From: a candidate division WWE3 bacterium RIFCSPHIGHO2_01_FULL_40_23
GTDB taxonomy: Bacteria; Patescibacteriota; WWE3; UBA101185; 2-01-FULL-41-18
Assembly: GCA_001772615.1 (NCBI GenBank)
Contig: MEUZ01000007.1
Span: forward strand, 108,283-172,282
Direction of reading: 5' to 3'
Length of the DNA: 64,000 bases
Shown here piece by piece: positions 29,179 through 39,111 of this stretch. Positions within the stretch are counted from its first letter, which is position 1; the number at the start of each line of letters is the position of its first letter. The translations under genes and the position numbers were made by a program. Under the pieces are notes generated by a model. That model did no database searches and had not been told where the DNA came from. It saw nothing but the letters and a program-made list of their open reading frames with translations.

Positions 29179-29242
29179 TTCAATTTTCAAAGTCCATTTG
29201 ACTTTACGATCTTATTATATCCTATAGCAAACATTCTGTCAA
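29179..29242 (-). promoter_or_regulatory. Consensus sigma70 promoter plus boxA-like site
   Basis: TTGACA(29242-29237)-17 bp-TATAAT(29219-29214), followed by GGACTTTGAAAATTGAA (29195-29179). Confidence 0.8.
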
Positions 29243-29339
29243 GTGCTCTGACAAAATACACAAAATGAAAAGAAGCAATTTAGCTTCCATCACAGCACTA
29301 TAATACTACAGGTCTTGACATTTGTCAATAACTTTGACA
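29237..29339. promoter_or_regulatory. Two TGTCA-N7-TGACA operator palindromes
   Basis: 29237-29253 overlaps the -35 box; 29323-29339 lies just upstream of the trmB ATG. Confidence 0.6.
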
Positions 29340-29349
29340 CTATTTCTTT

Positions 29350-30141
29350 ATGGATGTGTTTGAGGATACACTTTATCATTGCGGCTTGTCAGAGCCTGAA
29401 GCTAAAGTCTACACTGCTCTCCTTAACTCCGGAGGCCAAACTGTTTTACAGCTATCCGCCCACGCTTCGCTTAAGCGCACAAACCTCTATAACGTTCTTG
29501 AGGACCTCACCAAAAAAGGCGTTGTAGCGGGAAAGAAGGTTAGAGGCAAAACCTTATATTTCCCTGAATCACCCAGAAGACTTGAAGACCTGCTCCTTGT
29601 CAGGGAAAACAGTATTTACACGGCAAGACAAACCCTGGAACTTGTGATGGGCATCCTGCAATCAAAATTCAACCTGATTACCAACAAACCCGTAATAACC
29701 TATCTTGAGGGTCTGCCGGGACTTAAAAGGCTGTACCAAGATATCCTTGATACCGGCCAAGATATCCTTCTATTCAGATCAACTTTTGATGATAAAAGAG
29801 CCGATGTTGACAGGCTCATTAAAAAGCAAATCACCGACCAGGTAAAAAGGGGGATTCACGCCCGGGTCATAAGCCCCTTTGAAACGGACGCCAAGGAAAT
29901 GTATTTAAAATACGACAAGTTCAGGCTGGTATCGCAAAAGTTCACTACAAAATTTCCCTTAAACCTTCCCGCCCAGATAATTATTTATGGAAATAAAATC
30001 TCAATGTCTACAATAAGAAAGGACATCATCATTACTTTAATTGACAATAAAGACATAACCGAAACCTTTAAAGTCCTCTTTGAGTTTGTTTGGGCTTATC
30101 TTGAAACGGAGCACAAAGAGCTTGTAAAAAACTGGAAGTAA
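29350..30141 (+). CDS. TrmB-family transcriptional regulator
   Basis: GLSEPEAKVYTALL...LKRTNLYNVLEDLTKKGVV HTH, YLEGLPG, and a PLD-like C-domain (IIIYGNKI). Confidence 0.9.
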   Translation: MDVFEDTLYHCGLSEPEAKVYTALLNSGGQTVLQLSAHASLKRTNLYNVLEDLTKKGVVAGKKVRGKTLYFPESPRRLEDLLLVRENSIYTARQTLELVMGILQSKFNLITNKPVITYLEGLPGLKRLYQDILDTGQDILLFRSTFDDKRADVDRLIKKQITDQVKRGIHARVISPFETDAKEMYLKYDKFRLVSQKFTTKFPLNLPAQIIIYGNKISMSTIRKDIIITLIDNKDITETFKVLFEFVWAYLETEHKELVKNWK

Positions 30142-30145
30142 AGCC

Positions 30146-32842
30146 TTAAAACTTTTCTGATAAGTAATTATCAAACTTTCTTGCGGCCTGCGGGAATCTC
30201 TCCGCTAGTTCTCCTGAAAAAGAGGCTTCATTGTGGGCTTTCTCTATACTCACAAGGGCTAAAACCTTACCCGGCCTTTCAGAAGGATAAACTTTCCTCT
30301 TTACACCGTCCTCCGTCACCGTCTCAATCCTTCCGACGCCAAGATCAAGCGAAACAGCTTTGTGCCCTCGGGTTTTTAAGTCACTAAGATCAATTGCAAC
30401 CCTTCCCTCTTCTTTAGTTCTCCCATGTGTAGATTTAAAATTAATCCTGGCTTCTCCCCCCTCCACAGATTCAGGCCTGATGTTAACAACAAGTCTATCT
30501 AAAGTATCCGGGTTAATAAACTCGTATACCGTGGCATTGTTCCTCTTATCAACATTTTTAGGCTTCTCCAGTACAAGAGGAGAAGGGCTTAAAGACAGGT
30601 TTCCAATTAATGTAAGAGTATGCCTTATTATTCTCATGTTATCTAAAATATCTTTAACTTCTATATCTGTATCCCCACCGCTTCTTCCGAGTATTAAAGC
30701 CGCCCTCATAAACTCTGCGCTTTTTCTAATTAACGCCTCATAAGCCTGGTCTGAAAAGGATACGCCCACAGCTGTTTCAGTATTACGAAGGATGCTTCTT
30801 AATGAATCGGCTTCTTGCGTCAAAGCATTAAATTCATTAAACATGCTGATTTTCTCATGAAATGAAACTCTCTCTGACTTTGAAAACTCTAATATCTCTT
30901 CTCCGCTTGCTCCATAATCCATTGTTAGGAACGCTTTAAGACCGCTTTCTCCAAAGACTCTGATAAACTCTGTAAATTCGGTTTTTTTATCTTCCTCCAA
31001 AGATGAGTAATGAACTACAAACCAGCCTTGCTCATGTAATTTAAGTGAACTTAGTTTAACGCCCGTTTTCTTGTCCATTTCATCAAAAAGCTTTCCATAT
31101 CCAGACAAAAAAAGCTGAAGGAAGAATTCCCGTGAGGCTCTTTGCTCTTCAGTTTCATCCGCTTTTGGTAAAAATACATCTTTGGAAGAAAGTTCTAACA
31201 CAAGGGCATCAACTGCTTTTGCCTCTTCTTCCAAATCAAGTTTAAAAAACCCCAAAAGCCTCCCATCTCCTTGAAAAACACCAATCGAACCGCTATTGTC
31301 TATTCTTTGAACATAAGAATCACCGCTTCCATAAAGCCTTACAAAAAATTCAGGATCCTTCTCTTTTACAAGATGGTAAACTTTATCAAAATAATTTACC
31401 CCTTCCTCGCTCTCTACACCTATTTTTCCAAGCTCCAGCCTATATAAAACTTCCGCCGACATTCTTTTAGTTAGAACGTCACTGCTTTCAAGATTCGCAA
31501 GAAGAGGCTCATAAGCGTCATTAATACCAAGCTTTTCAAAAGCCTGCACATAGTGCCTAAGGGCACCATTTGATTGGTATCGCATAAAGTCACAAAGAAA
31601 ACCGATTAATGCCTCCTTGTCCTCTGAAGTCCCGGATTCTCCAAATCTAACAAGATAATCAAGCACATCAAGATGAAGGAGCATATGTTCATGAGATCCC
31701 CACTCAAGTTCCGAAGGGGTAAAATACTCTTCGTCGGTTAAAGGACCAGCGGGTACTATGGTATCCGAGAGATCGACGGTATCAAAGAAGCCAAGCTCAC
31801 CGGTTTTGGTATTAAAAGCCCAAACAGCGTCTGAGGAGGGTGAAATACCGACCTACTGTTTTATAATTGCCGTGCTCCGTTCACTTGAATCCCTTATCTT
31901 TTCTGACAAGTCTTCAAAAAGTTCTTTAACATAAGGAAGGCCGGAAACTCCGCCTACATTAACGACTGATGCGGCAAATTCATATCTTAATGTGTTAAAC
32001 ACCCCATGATCCGTATGAAAATGACTGGTAGCAAAATCGGATAAAGATTTCATGGCTTCTTCTTTTGATGCCTGATCAAAAGTTTTTGTCGCTTCTTCAT
32101 AGCTTTTTAAAGCGGGAACTAAAAACTCATTCATGAAATGAGCATGGCTGCCTCCCGCTCTGGTATCAAAGGTGTCGGTAAAAGAGAACATCATTGCCGG
32201 CATTTCTGACTTAAAAACCGGATATACATTATTTTCTAAAAGACCAATATAGGCTTTTACAGTTTCATCTGGGGATCTAGGGGCTGCCTGATTTTCGATC
32301 TCGGCAAGCCTTAAGCTAAATGAAGAAGATTGAGGCAAATATTTTGCTTTAGACTTTAAGTAATCCTTTCTTGAGTTATATTGAACCGGATAAAATCTTC
32401 TAGCAGCCCTTTCCTCATTCAATATTCTGGATTCTTCAAAGGAATCCCTTTTGGGTATCGGCTGTCCCTTACCGGAAAGCTCTCTAAACTCTTCAATTGT
32501 TATCGTACTTTCTGGTTGTACGTAGGCATTTGGGAAAAGTTGTGATTCATCCATACCTTTAAAAACAGGAGGAATATAATCGCCTGGTTCTGGTTTAAAC
32601 CAATCATGGGGGAGACTATCGTCATAACCGGGCTCCTCATCATTTTTTTTATCAGGTCTTTTTTTAGAATCATTAGAAATGGCTGCGCCTGGAAAGAGCT
32701 CACCTACAAGCGAGGTGTCTTCTTGTCCAGGAATTTTGGTTTGTGCATCGGGATCTATATCAAAACTTACATCGGAGGCGGATTTATTACCCACAAAACT
32801 ATTATACTTAAATCCAATCCTGAATGAACTAGTGAAATTCAC
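30146..32842 (-). pseudogene. Large hypothetical gene interrupted by one in-frame TAG at 31853-31855
   Basis: ORFs 31853-32842 and 30146-31684 are in the same frame and the 168 nt between them contain no stop. Confidence 0.6.
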
Positions 32843-32913
32843 TTTCGCGAGTTTGAGAGCCTACGCGGCAATTTGATAATTATGATAATATCAACAAAGA
32901 AAGGAGAAAGGCC

Positions 32914-33234
32914 ATGGCTTACCTTACTTTTGACCCCTCAGACAAGGGTTTGGAAGATATTCTGGTTCAATACGCCCACCTGCTGGAAAAAGCCCTGGTG
33001 GAGGGGCTTATTCCGTTTGGAGTGGACGAAGACGACGTTATTGTGAGGGTCCTGAAGTGCACAACCCGCATTTGTAACAAAATGCACATCAAGGTCACTT
33101 TGGAAACAGATAACCCCGCTGTAACTGCCGACGCCGTTACCGTCATGCTTCGCAAGGTGCTGACTGCTGAACCCTTCGAGGTCTCCCGCATCTTTGTCGG
33201 CGATGAAGGGGACTGGGCTTCAAATTACGAATAA
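32914..33234 (+). CDS. Hypothetical protein
   Basis: 106 aa, AAGGAG RBS, upstream TGATAAT. Confidence 0.65.
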   Translation: MAYLTFDPSDKGLEDILVQYAHLLEKALVEGLIPFGVDEDDVIVRVLKCTTRICNKMHIKVTLETDNPAVTADAVTVMLRKVLTAEPFEVSRIFVGDEGDWASNYE

Positions 33235-33312
33235 CTCAGAAACGGCGGCACCGGATTCCCAACTGCCGCTTAGCTTTATCGCCTCCGGTTTTATCAGAAC
33301 CTCGGAGGCGTT

Positions 33313-34497
33313 TTAACTCTCATCCGGGGAAAACCTCTTCGCATTCCACTTACCATCAGCTTTTTCCAAAACAATATATGGCTTTCCACGATCGTCTAAG
33401 TAACAATCCCTTAAAACTATCAAACGGTCGGAGATTACTAACGGTTCAAAATTTCTCCCCGTCCTCTTGCCAAGATCAGAACCGGGCTCATGGGTATAAA
33501 GCAAACTCTCCATTAATGAAAAATTATTCGGGTCACTTTCATCCCAAGTGACAAAACCATCTCTCCGCAGTATTCCCTCGTCATCCCTCTCAAGGCTAAG
33601 ACGATGGAATAATTCCTGAAGTGCGTTAGGTTTTTCTCCGGTCATAAAAACGCCCCTAACTATAGTGGAATTTTTATCAAAAAAATTAAGAAGCTTTTCG
33701 CGCGCAGTGTCATCAGGAACTTCTAAATTAACGCTGGATTGAATTTCCTGACCCTGCGGTGTATTTTCTAATGCTTGGATACCAGAAATCGTAGCTCCGG
33801 TTTGTGGGCCTCCTTTGTAAAACCTTGGGTAAAGCGCCCTCACATCATCATTCGAAAGCAAAACCCGTTTACCCTCCTCGTCTGAAAAATACGGAGATCC
33901 GGTTTTGGTATCGTACTCTACGTGAATCTCATTCCCTTCTTTATCCTTAAACCTTATTGTCTCTATCGGTCTATTGGTATCGGAAGTGTCTCTCATTCCC
34001 TTCCCAAGCGCGGCCATAACCAATGCTCTGGCTTTTGCTATCTGCGAATCTTTAATGTTATCCGGATCAATTTTAGGATCAGGTTCAAGTTTTCTAATAG
34101 TCAAACCCTCGTATTCGCCCTCGGCAGAATTCACTAAGTTCTGAGATGCCCCCTCCTTAAGCCCAATGCTTAATTTAATATCAGCGCGTACAGCTTTATC
34201 TTCTTCAAACATCCTATTAACAACCTTTCCCCAGACCGCTCCGTTCAAAATGTTGTGGGCCTCCAAAGGATCCATTCCTTTTGGCATGATAATAACTCCA
34301 GATGCCGGTATTAGAACAATCCCATCGGTAGTTGTTATTGTTTCAATGGAATTCCCTGCAGCTTTGCCTAAAATTTTTTCTGTCAGCTCCGCACCGAATG
34401 TATCAAATAAATCGGAAACTAAGCGCTCATTCAATTCTTCTATTTGAGAGGTTGAAAGTTCGTTTTTTATACCCTCTGTCTCGGCGACATTACTCAC
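33313..34497 (-). CDS. Hypothetical protein
   Basis: 394-aa ORF with no motif recognised. Confidence 0.65.
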   Translation of the reverse strand: MSNVAETEGIKNELSTSQIEELNERLVSDLFDTFGAELTEKILGKAAGNSIETITTTDGIVLIPASGVIIMPKGMDPLEAHNILNGAVWGKVVNRMFEEDKAVRADIKLSIGLKEGASQNLVNSAEGEYEGLTIRKLEPDPKIDPDNIKDSQIAKARALVMAALGKGMRDTSDTNRPIETIRFKDKEGNEIHVEYDTKTGSPYFSDEEGKRVLLSNDDVRALYPRFYKGGPQTGATISGIQALENTPQGQEIQSSVNLEVPDDTAREKLLNFFDKNSTIVRGVFMTGEKPNALQELFHRLSLERDDEGILRRDGFVTWDESDPNNFSLMESLLYTHEPGSDLGKRTGRNFEPLVISDRLIVLRDCYLDDRGKPYIVLEKADGKWNAKRFSPDES

Positions 34498-34551
34498 ATA
34501 CTTAGCTTACAAGATTTTAATTGTGAAAGTAAAGCCGGACTTAAAATTTAC

Positions 34552-36048
34552 TTAAAGATACCTGATCTTTAATCCACCGTCTCTTAACTCCATCACCTTA
34601 TCCACATCAACCTCGCTCACAAAGTACCTGTCGTGGGAGACAAGAAGCAGAGCGCCCTGATACTCCCTTAACGCACTTTCAACAGCTTCCTTTGCCGAAA
34701 TATCAAGGTGGTTTGTGGGCTCATCAAGGATCAAAAAATCATATTCACCGCAGGCAAAGACCGATAGCTTCAACCTTGCACGCTCCCCCGGGCTTAACAT
34801 TTTAAGTTTTTTATTTAATGCCTCCCTTTCAAATAAGAAGTTTTTCAGGTGAGAGTAAGCCTTGTCATATATCAGAGAGGAGTTCTGTAAAAAGTAGTCC
34901 AATACATTTAGATCAAGGTTAATTGGCTCATTTGATTGAGCAAAGTACCCAATTTTCAACCTCTCCCCTACTCTTAGATCTCCGGAATCAGCTTTTAATA
35001 GGCTTATAGCGCTATTTTCCGGTGATTTATCATTCCTCAAAAGATAATTTGAGTAAATTAGTTTAACAATGGTGCTTTTTCCCGCTCCATTTGGCCCAAA
35101 AAGCCAAATTTTCTCTTTGCCTCTTATTTCAAAATCAACATCAGAGATAACAGGCTTTCCATCAAAAGATTTGGCCAGCTTTTCAGCTTTTACGATAAGC
35201 TTTCCCGAGTGGGTATCACCCGCAATGCGTAAGTTTTCCATTTTCTTAATTTCATATCTTGAAACTTTATTTTCTTCAATCTCCCTCTTAAAACGGCTTT
35301 TGGCTGCTTTTACAGCTCCGGTTTTGCTCCCTACTATCTTGTGAGCAAGGGCTAAAAGATCCTCAAGCTTCTTCTTTTTCTTTAAAAATCTTGTATATTC
35401 ATCCTTTTTCTTCTCGAGAAACTGAAACTTTTGCTCCTGGAAAGTATCATAATTTCCTTCAAAAACATGAAATTCTTTATTCTCAAGCTCAAAAACCCTT
35501 GAGACCGTGTTATTTATGAAAGATCGGTCATGGGAAATCATTAAAACATTTCCCTTAAAATTTTTTATAAAATCCTCAAACCATAAAATACCGTCTATAT
35601 CCAGGTGGTTTGTAGGTTCATCAAGTAAAAGGCTCGTGGGTTCATCCGCTAAAACTTCAAGGAGCTTTAGCTTCATCTGTTCTCCCCCGCTCAAAGAGCC
35701 TATTTTTGTGTATTCATCAAAATTTGAAAAGCCAAGGCGTGACAAGAGAGCGTCAACAAGATGCTTTTTACCCATTTTTAGGATAATTTTTTCTAAAAAT
35801 TCTCCTGCCAAGATTTCAAGAGGCAGATCAAGTTCCTGCGGAAGAAATCCGAGTTTTTCCGATTCAAGGAGAACTGAACCGCCTGTTTTTTCCTCAAGCC
35901 CTGCAATTATCTTAAGAAGCGTGGTTTTGCCGCAGCCATTCGGGCCGGTTAAAGCGACTTTTTCATTTTTAGAAAGCACAAAAGTAACCCCTTGAAAGAG
36001 GGTTTCGCCTGCAAAGTATTCTTTTGCGAGGTCCTTAACCTTAATCAC
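34552..36048 (-). CDS. ABC-F family ATPase
   Basis: Two NBDs (GPNGCGKT, LSGGE, LDEPTNHLD; GPNGAGKS, LSPGE) and no TM segments; GTG start at 36048 inferred. Confidence 0.9.
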   Translation of the reverse strand: MIKVKDLAKEYFAGETLFQGVTFVLSKNEKVALTGPNGCGKTTLLKIIAGLEEKTGGSVLLESEKLGFLPQELDLPLEILAGEFLEKIILKMGKKHLVDALLSRLGFSNFDEYTKIGSLSGGEQMKLKLLEVLADEPTSLLLDEPTNHLDIDGILWFEDFIKNFKGNVLMISHDRSFINNTVSRVFELENKEFHVFEGNYDTFQEQKFQFLEKKKDEYTRFLKKKKKLEDLLALAHKIVGSKTGAVKAAKSRFKREIEENKVSRYEIKKMENLRIAGDTHSGKLIVKAEKLAKSFDGKPVISDVDFEIRGKEKIWLFGPNGAGKSTIVKLIYSNYLLRNDKSPENSAISLLKADSGDLRVGERLKIGYFAQSNEPINLDLNVLDYFLQNSSLIYDKAYSHLKNFLFEREALNKKLKMLSPGERARLKLSVFACGEYDFLILDEPTNHLDISAKEAVESALREYQGALLLVSHDRYFVSEVDVDKVMELRDGGLKIRYL

Positions 36049-36138
36049 GGAAGAAGTATAGGGTAAAAAAAGGCTATATGAAAGCATAAAAAACCGGCCT
36101 AGGGTTAATAGGCCGGTGATTCCTGCAATCTTCATCAG

Positions 36139-36519
36139 TTAGACGTCCACAAAAACCTCGCCTGTATGATCAACTTGGGAAAAGAGAACCATGAAGGCTA
36201 CACCCCACAGATCTCTTCCGGTCCCCGGCCAGTCGCTACTTACCTCACCGGTTTCCTGGTTAAAGAAATTCCTCCGAGAGTAAGCGAACCTGGGAAGTGA
36301 TTCGTCTTCTGGATCAAATCCTTTGCCGGAGAGTGTTTTGTACATCAGATCTAACATACCTTGTTCATACGCCATCTCCCCCGTTTCAATCTTTACAAGC
36401 GCGTAAACTGTCCTTCTTCCATCTCTGGCACAGCGACTGCAGTTGTAAATAAGCCTCTCCTCCTTTGGAGGAAAAACTTCCTCCCCGCAAAACGGGCAAG
36501 TTAGTTTTGCCATCGTCAT
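36139..36519 (-). CDS. Zn-ribbon hypothetical protein
   Basis: CPFCG...CSRC; AAGGAG RBS; terminator at about 36090-36118. Confidence 0.65.
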   Translation of the reverse strand: MTMAKLTCPFCGEEVFPPKEERLIYNCSRCARDGRRTVYALVKIETGEMAYEQGMLDLMYKTLSGKGFDPEDESLPRFAYSRRNFFNQETGEVSSDWPGTGRDLWGVAFMVLFSQVDHTGEVFVDV

Positions 36520-36659
36520 TCTCCTTTCAAGTTTTCGAATTGTGAAATTTTAATTATACAAAAATAACAAAGCAAGACCCAATTTTAAAGGGTGATACGA
36601 TTAGGTAAAGAATTAGCGGGAACTTTCGTTAAGTATAAATTCTAAAGAAATAAAGATAA

Positions 36660-36820
36660 GACCGCGCCCCGATGATGCCGACGGCTTGTTAGTGATCCCC
36701 CTCAAAATAACGTGGGTATTCTCATTCACACTCCACAGAATGCGAAAATTTGAATTCCCTTTATCTAAAGGTTGAGGAAATCAATTAGTCACCAAGCCAT
36801 GCTCGTGCATCTCAGGACTA
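36660..36820 (-). ncRNA. ssrS: 6S RNA (SsrS)
   Basis: 5' AGUCCUGAGAUGCACG pairs with 3' CGGCAUCAUCGGGGC; GGCUUGGUGA/UCACUAACAAGCC stem, central bubble and apical stem; about 160 nt. Confidence 0.7.
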
Positions 36821-36849
36821 ACTATATTTTATAATATTATAGATAACTG

Positions 36850-37233
36850 TCAATATACTTTTTTTGCTTCAGTTGAAGGGTTTTCCTTATGCAGGAAAAA
36901 AACGGAAACAAAAATTAAAAACCAGCCAAACATTTGCAAAAAAACAGGAAAGAGTTTTGAAAAAAACAAGTCGGCAAGGTTGAAAGATCTCCTGTGAGGA
37001 TCAACAAGTATGAGTTCGGTGACATTCTCCCTCACATGAGGCACAAGATGCTTTGTATACTCAAATTCAAAAAGAAGAGATAAAAATCCAAGAGCCAAAA
37101 ACGCGTAAAATCTTGATGGCTTAATAACAAGCCTTAAAAAGCACAAAAGCGCGAAACCCCCAAAATACACAAGCTCCCAGTTATGTGAATAAAAGCTGTA
37201 AGCCGTATTTATTAGGTTAATAAATGTTGTCAT
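36850..37233 (-). CDS. Hypothetical membrane protein
   Basis: ATG at 37233 overlaps the M50 gene stop; hydrophobic segments. Confidence 0.65.
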   Translation of the reverse strand: MTTFINLINTAYSFYSHNWELVYFGGFALLCFLRLVIKPSRFYAFLALGFLSLLFEFEYTKHLVPHVRENVTELILVDPHRRSFNLADLFFSKLFPVFLQMFGWFLIFVSVFFLHKENPSTEAKKVY

Positions 37234-37844
37234 AGAAGAAGCTTGACTAAGAACCCGACCGGAAGTGAGACAAAATAATCGGTCACATTGGCAAAAATCA
37301 AAAGAAGGAGTATCCAAAGACCGTATGGTGCAAGATCAAGCCACTGCTCCGATAGATCGGGGGGCAAAAATCCCCACACAACTTTAAATCCATCAAGTGG
37401 ATGCACCGGAATAAGGTTAAAAAAACATAGAATCAAGTTAAAGTAAACCAAAGACTCTAAAATGTTTCCGATAAACCCCAGTCCAAATACCTTATGAATT
37501 AAACCAAATACAACCGCAAACAAGAAATTAGATGCAGGCCCGGCCAGTGAAATAAGCGCCGCGTCTCTTTTAGGACTGCGCAGGAAGTTTAAATTAAAAG
37601 GAACGGGTTTCCCCCATCCAAACCCCACAAGGGCAAGAAGGAGGGTCCCTACCGGATCAAGATGGGCAAGAGGATTAAGAGTAACTCTACCTGAAGCTTT
37701 AGCCGTCGGATCCCCAAGTTTTAAAGCAATAAAAGCGTGCGAAAACTCATGAATCGTTATGCACACGACAAGCATTGAAAACACGATCAGAAAGGCTAAA
37801 AGGCCAATCAATGGGTTTGCCCCGCTTAAGAAATTAAAAAGCAT
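37230..37844 (-). CDS. Site-2 protease (M50)
   Basis: HEFSH, AGPASN and FNLIPVHPLDG. Confidence 0.92.
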   Translation of the reverse strand: MLFNFLSGANPLIGLLAFLIVFSMLVVCITIHEFSHAFIALKLGDPTAKASGRVTLNPLAHLDPVGTLLLALVGFGWGKPVPFNLNFLRSPKRDAALISLAGPASNFLFAVVFGLIHKVFGLGFIGNILESLVYFNLILCFFNLIPVHPLDGFKVVWGFLPPDLSEQWLDLAPYGLWILLLLIFANVTDYFVSLPVGFLVKLLL

Positions 37845-37898
37845 AAAGAGATGATAACACTTTTTTGAAGCCCTTTCTTATGCTAAAATCCTAAAATC

Positions 37899-38075
37899 AT
37901 GCTAAGTTTTTTTAAGGAGGCGTACTACGAGCTAACCAAGGTAAATTGGCCTGATAAAAAGCAGACCGTGCGCTTGACTCAATATGTGATAGGTGTTAGT
38001 TTGGTCGTTGGCATTTACGTAGCCATACTTGATGCCGTTTTTGGCCTCGGCCTTGAAAGATTTATCATAAGATAA
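37899..38075 (+). CDS. secE: Preprotein translocase subunit SecE
   Basis: Manual translation MLSFFKEAYYELTKVNWPDKKQTVRLT plus a TM helix; directly upstream of nusG. Confidence 0.93.
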   Translation: MLSFFKEAYYELTKVNWPDKKQTVRLTQYVIGVSLVVGIYVAILDAVFGLGLERFIIR

Positions 38076-38078
38076 AAT

Positions 38079-38666
38079 ATGGATGACGCGCTATTAAAAC
38101 AGGATGAAAAAGGAATAATTAATATATCCGATACGGTTAATCCGAACGCGATTTGGTATGCCGTCCACACATACTCCGGCCATGAAAATAAGGTCGCAAT
38201 TACGCTTAAACAGCGGGCTGAATCTTCAGGCTATCAGGATAGAATTTGTCAGATTCTTGTCCCCACACAGGAAAAAATTGTAATCAGCGAAGGGAAGAAA
38301 AGGAAAGTTGACGAGCATCTTTTACCCGGATACATCCTTGTCAATATGGTAATGAGCGATGATGCCTGGCACCTTGTAAGGTCAACCACCGGCGTTACGG
38401 GATTCGTCGGAACGGGCACCACGCCGACACCGCTTCCCGAAGCCGAGGTTAAGTCCATCCTTAAGTTTATGAAAATGGAGGCCCCCAAGTTTGAGGCTAA
38501 GTTTAAGGTCGGAGACAGCGTAAAGATAATTGACGGACCATTTACTGACTTTCTTGGAAAAGTTGACGAAGTTAACGACAGCGCCGGAAAAGTGAAGATT
38601 TTGGTTTCGGTTTTTGGGCGAGAGACTCCCATGGAGCTTGATTTTTTGCAGGTAGCTCCTTTGTAA
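38079..38666 (+). CDS. nusG: Transcription factor NusG
   Basis: WYAVHTYSGHENKV, LPGYILV, KOW DGPF and VSVFGRETP. Confidence 0.97.
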   Translation: MDDALLKQDEKGIINISDTVNPNAIWYAVHTYSGHENKVAITLKQRAESSGYQDRICQILVPTQEKIVISEGKKRKVDEHLLPGYILVNMVMSDDAWHLVRSTTGVTGFVGTGTTPTPLPEAEVKSILKFMKMEAPKFEAKFKVGDSVKIIDGPFTDFLGKVDEVNDSAGKVKILVSVFGRETPMELDFLQVAPL

Positions 38667-38687
38667 AAGTAGTTTCTAGACCAACAC

Positions 38688-39110
38688 ATGGCTAAAAAGA
38701 TAAAAGCTTTTGTAAAACTTAATATACCTGCGGGAAAAGCTACCCCCGCTCCCCCGGTCGGACCGTCTCTTGGACAGCACGGCGTTCCCCTCATGGAATT
38801 CTGCAAGGAATTTAATGCGAGAACGGCCAAAATGGGAGATGACATAATACCGGTCGTTTTAACTGTCTATGAGGACAGAAGCTTTACCTTTATAACTAAA
38901 ACACCCCCGGCCTCATCTCTTCTTCTTAAAGCCTCGGGAGTTGCCAAAGGTTCGGGCACACCAAACAAACAAAAAGTCGGACAGGTTACAAAAGATCAGG
39001 TTTTGGAAATAGCTAAAAGAAAGATGCCTGATTTAAACGCGAGGGATATTAACCAGGCGGTAAAGATTGTGGAAGGAACTGCAAGGTCTATGGGTATTTC
39101 AGTAGTTTGA
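38688..39110 (+). CDS. rplK: 50S ribosomal protein L11
   Basis: [19 protein letters not shown] and GTARSMG. Confidence 0.98.
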   Translation: MAKKIKAFVKLNIPAGKATPAPPVGPSLGQHGVPLMEFCKEFNARTAKMGDDIIPVVLTVYEDRSFTFITKTPPASSLLLKASGVAKGSGTPNKQKVGQVTKDQVLEIAKRKMPDLNARDINQAVKIVEGTARSMGISVV

Positions 39111-39111
39111 T

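Noticed and set aside
13150-29250. CRISPR array or cas operon accompanying csx3/csx15
   Set aside because: No regularly spaced direct repeats with unique spacers, and no recognisable cas1, cas10 or RAMP genes in the window.
8246-37898. Prophage or ICE inserted at tRNA-Trp
   Set aside because: No integrase, terminase, capsid or conjugation genes, and no duplicated tRNA-Trp 3' end seen.
38249-38845. 198-aa minus-strand ORF
   Set aside because: Antisense shadow of nusG/rplK.
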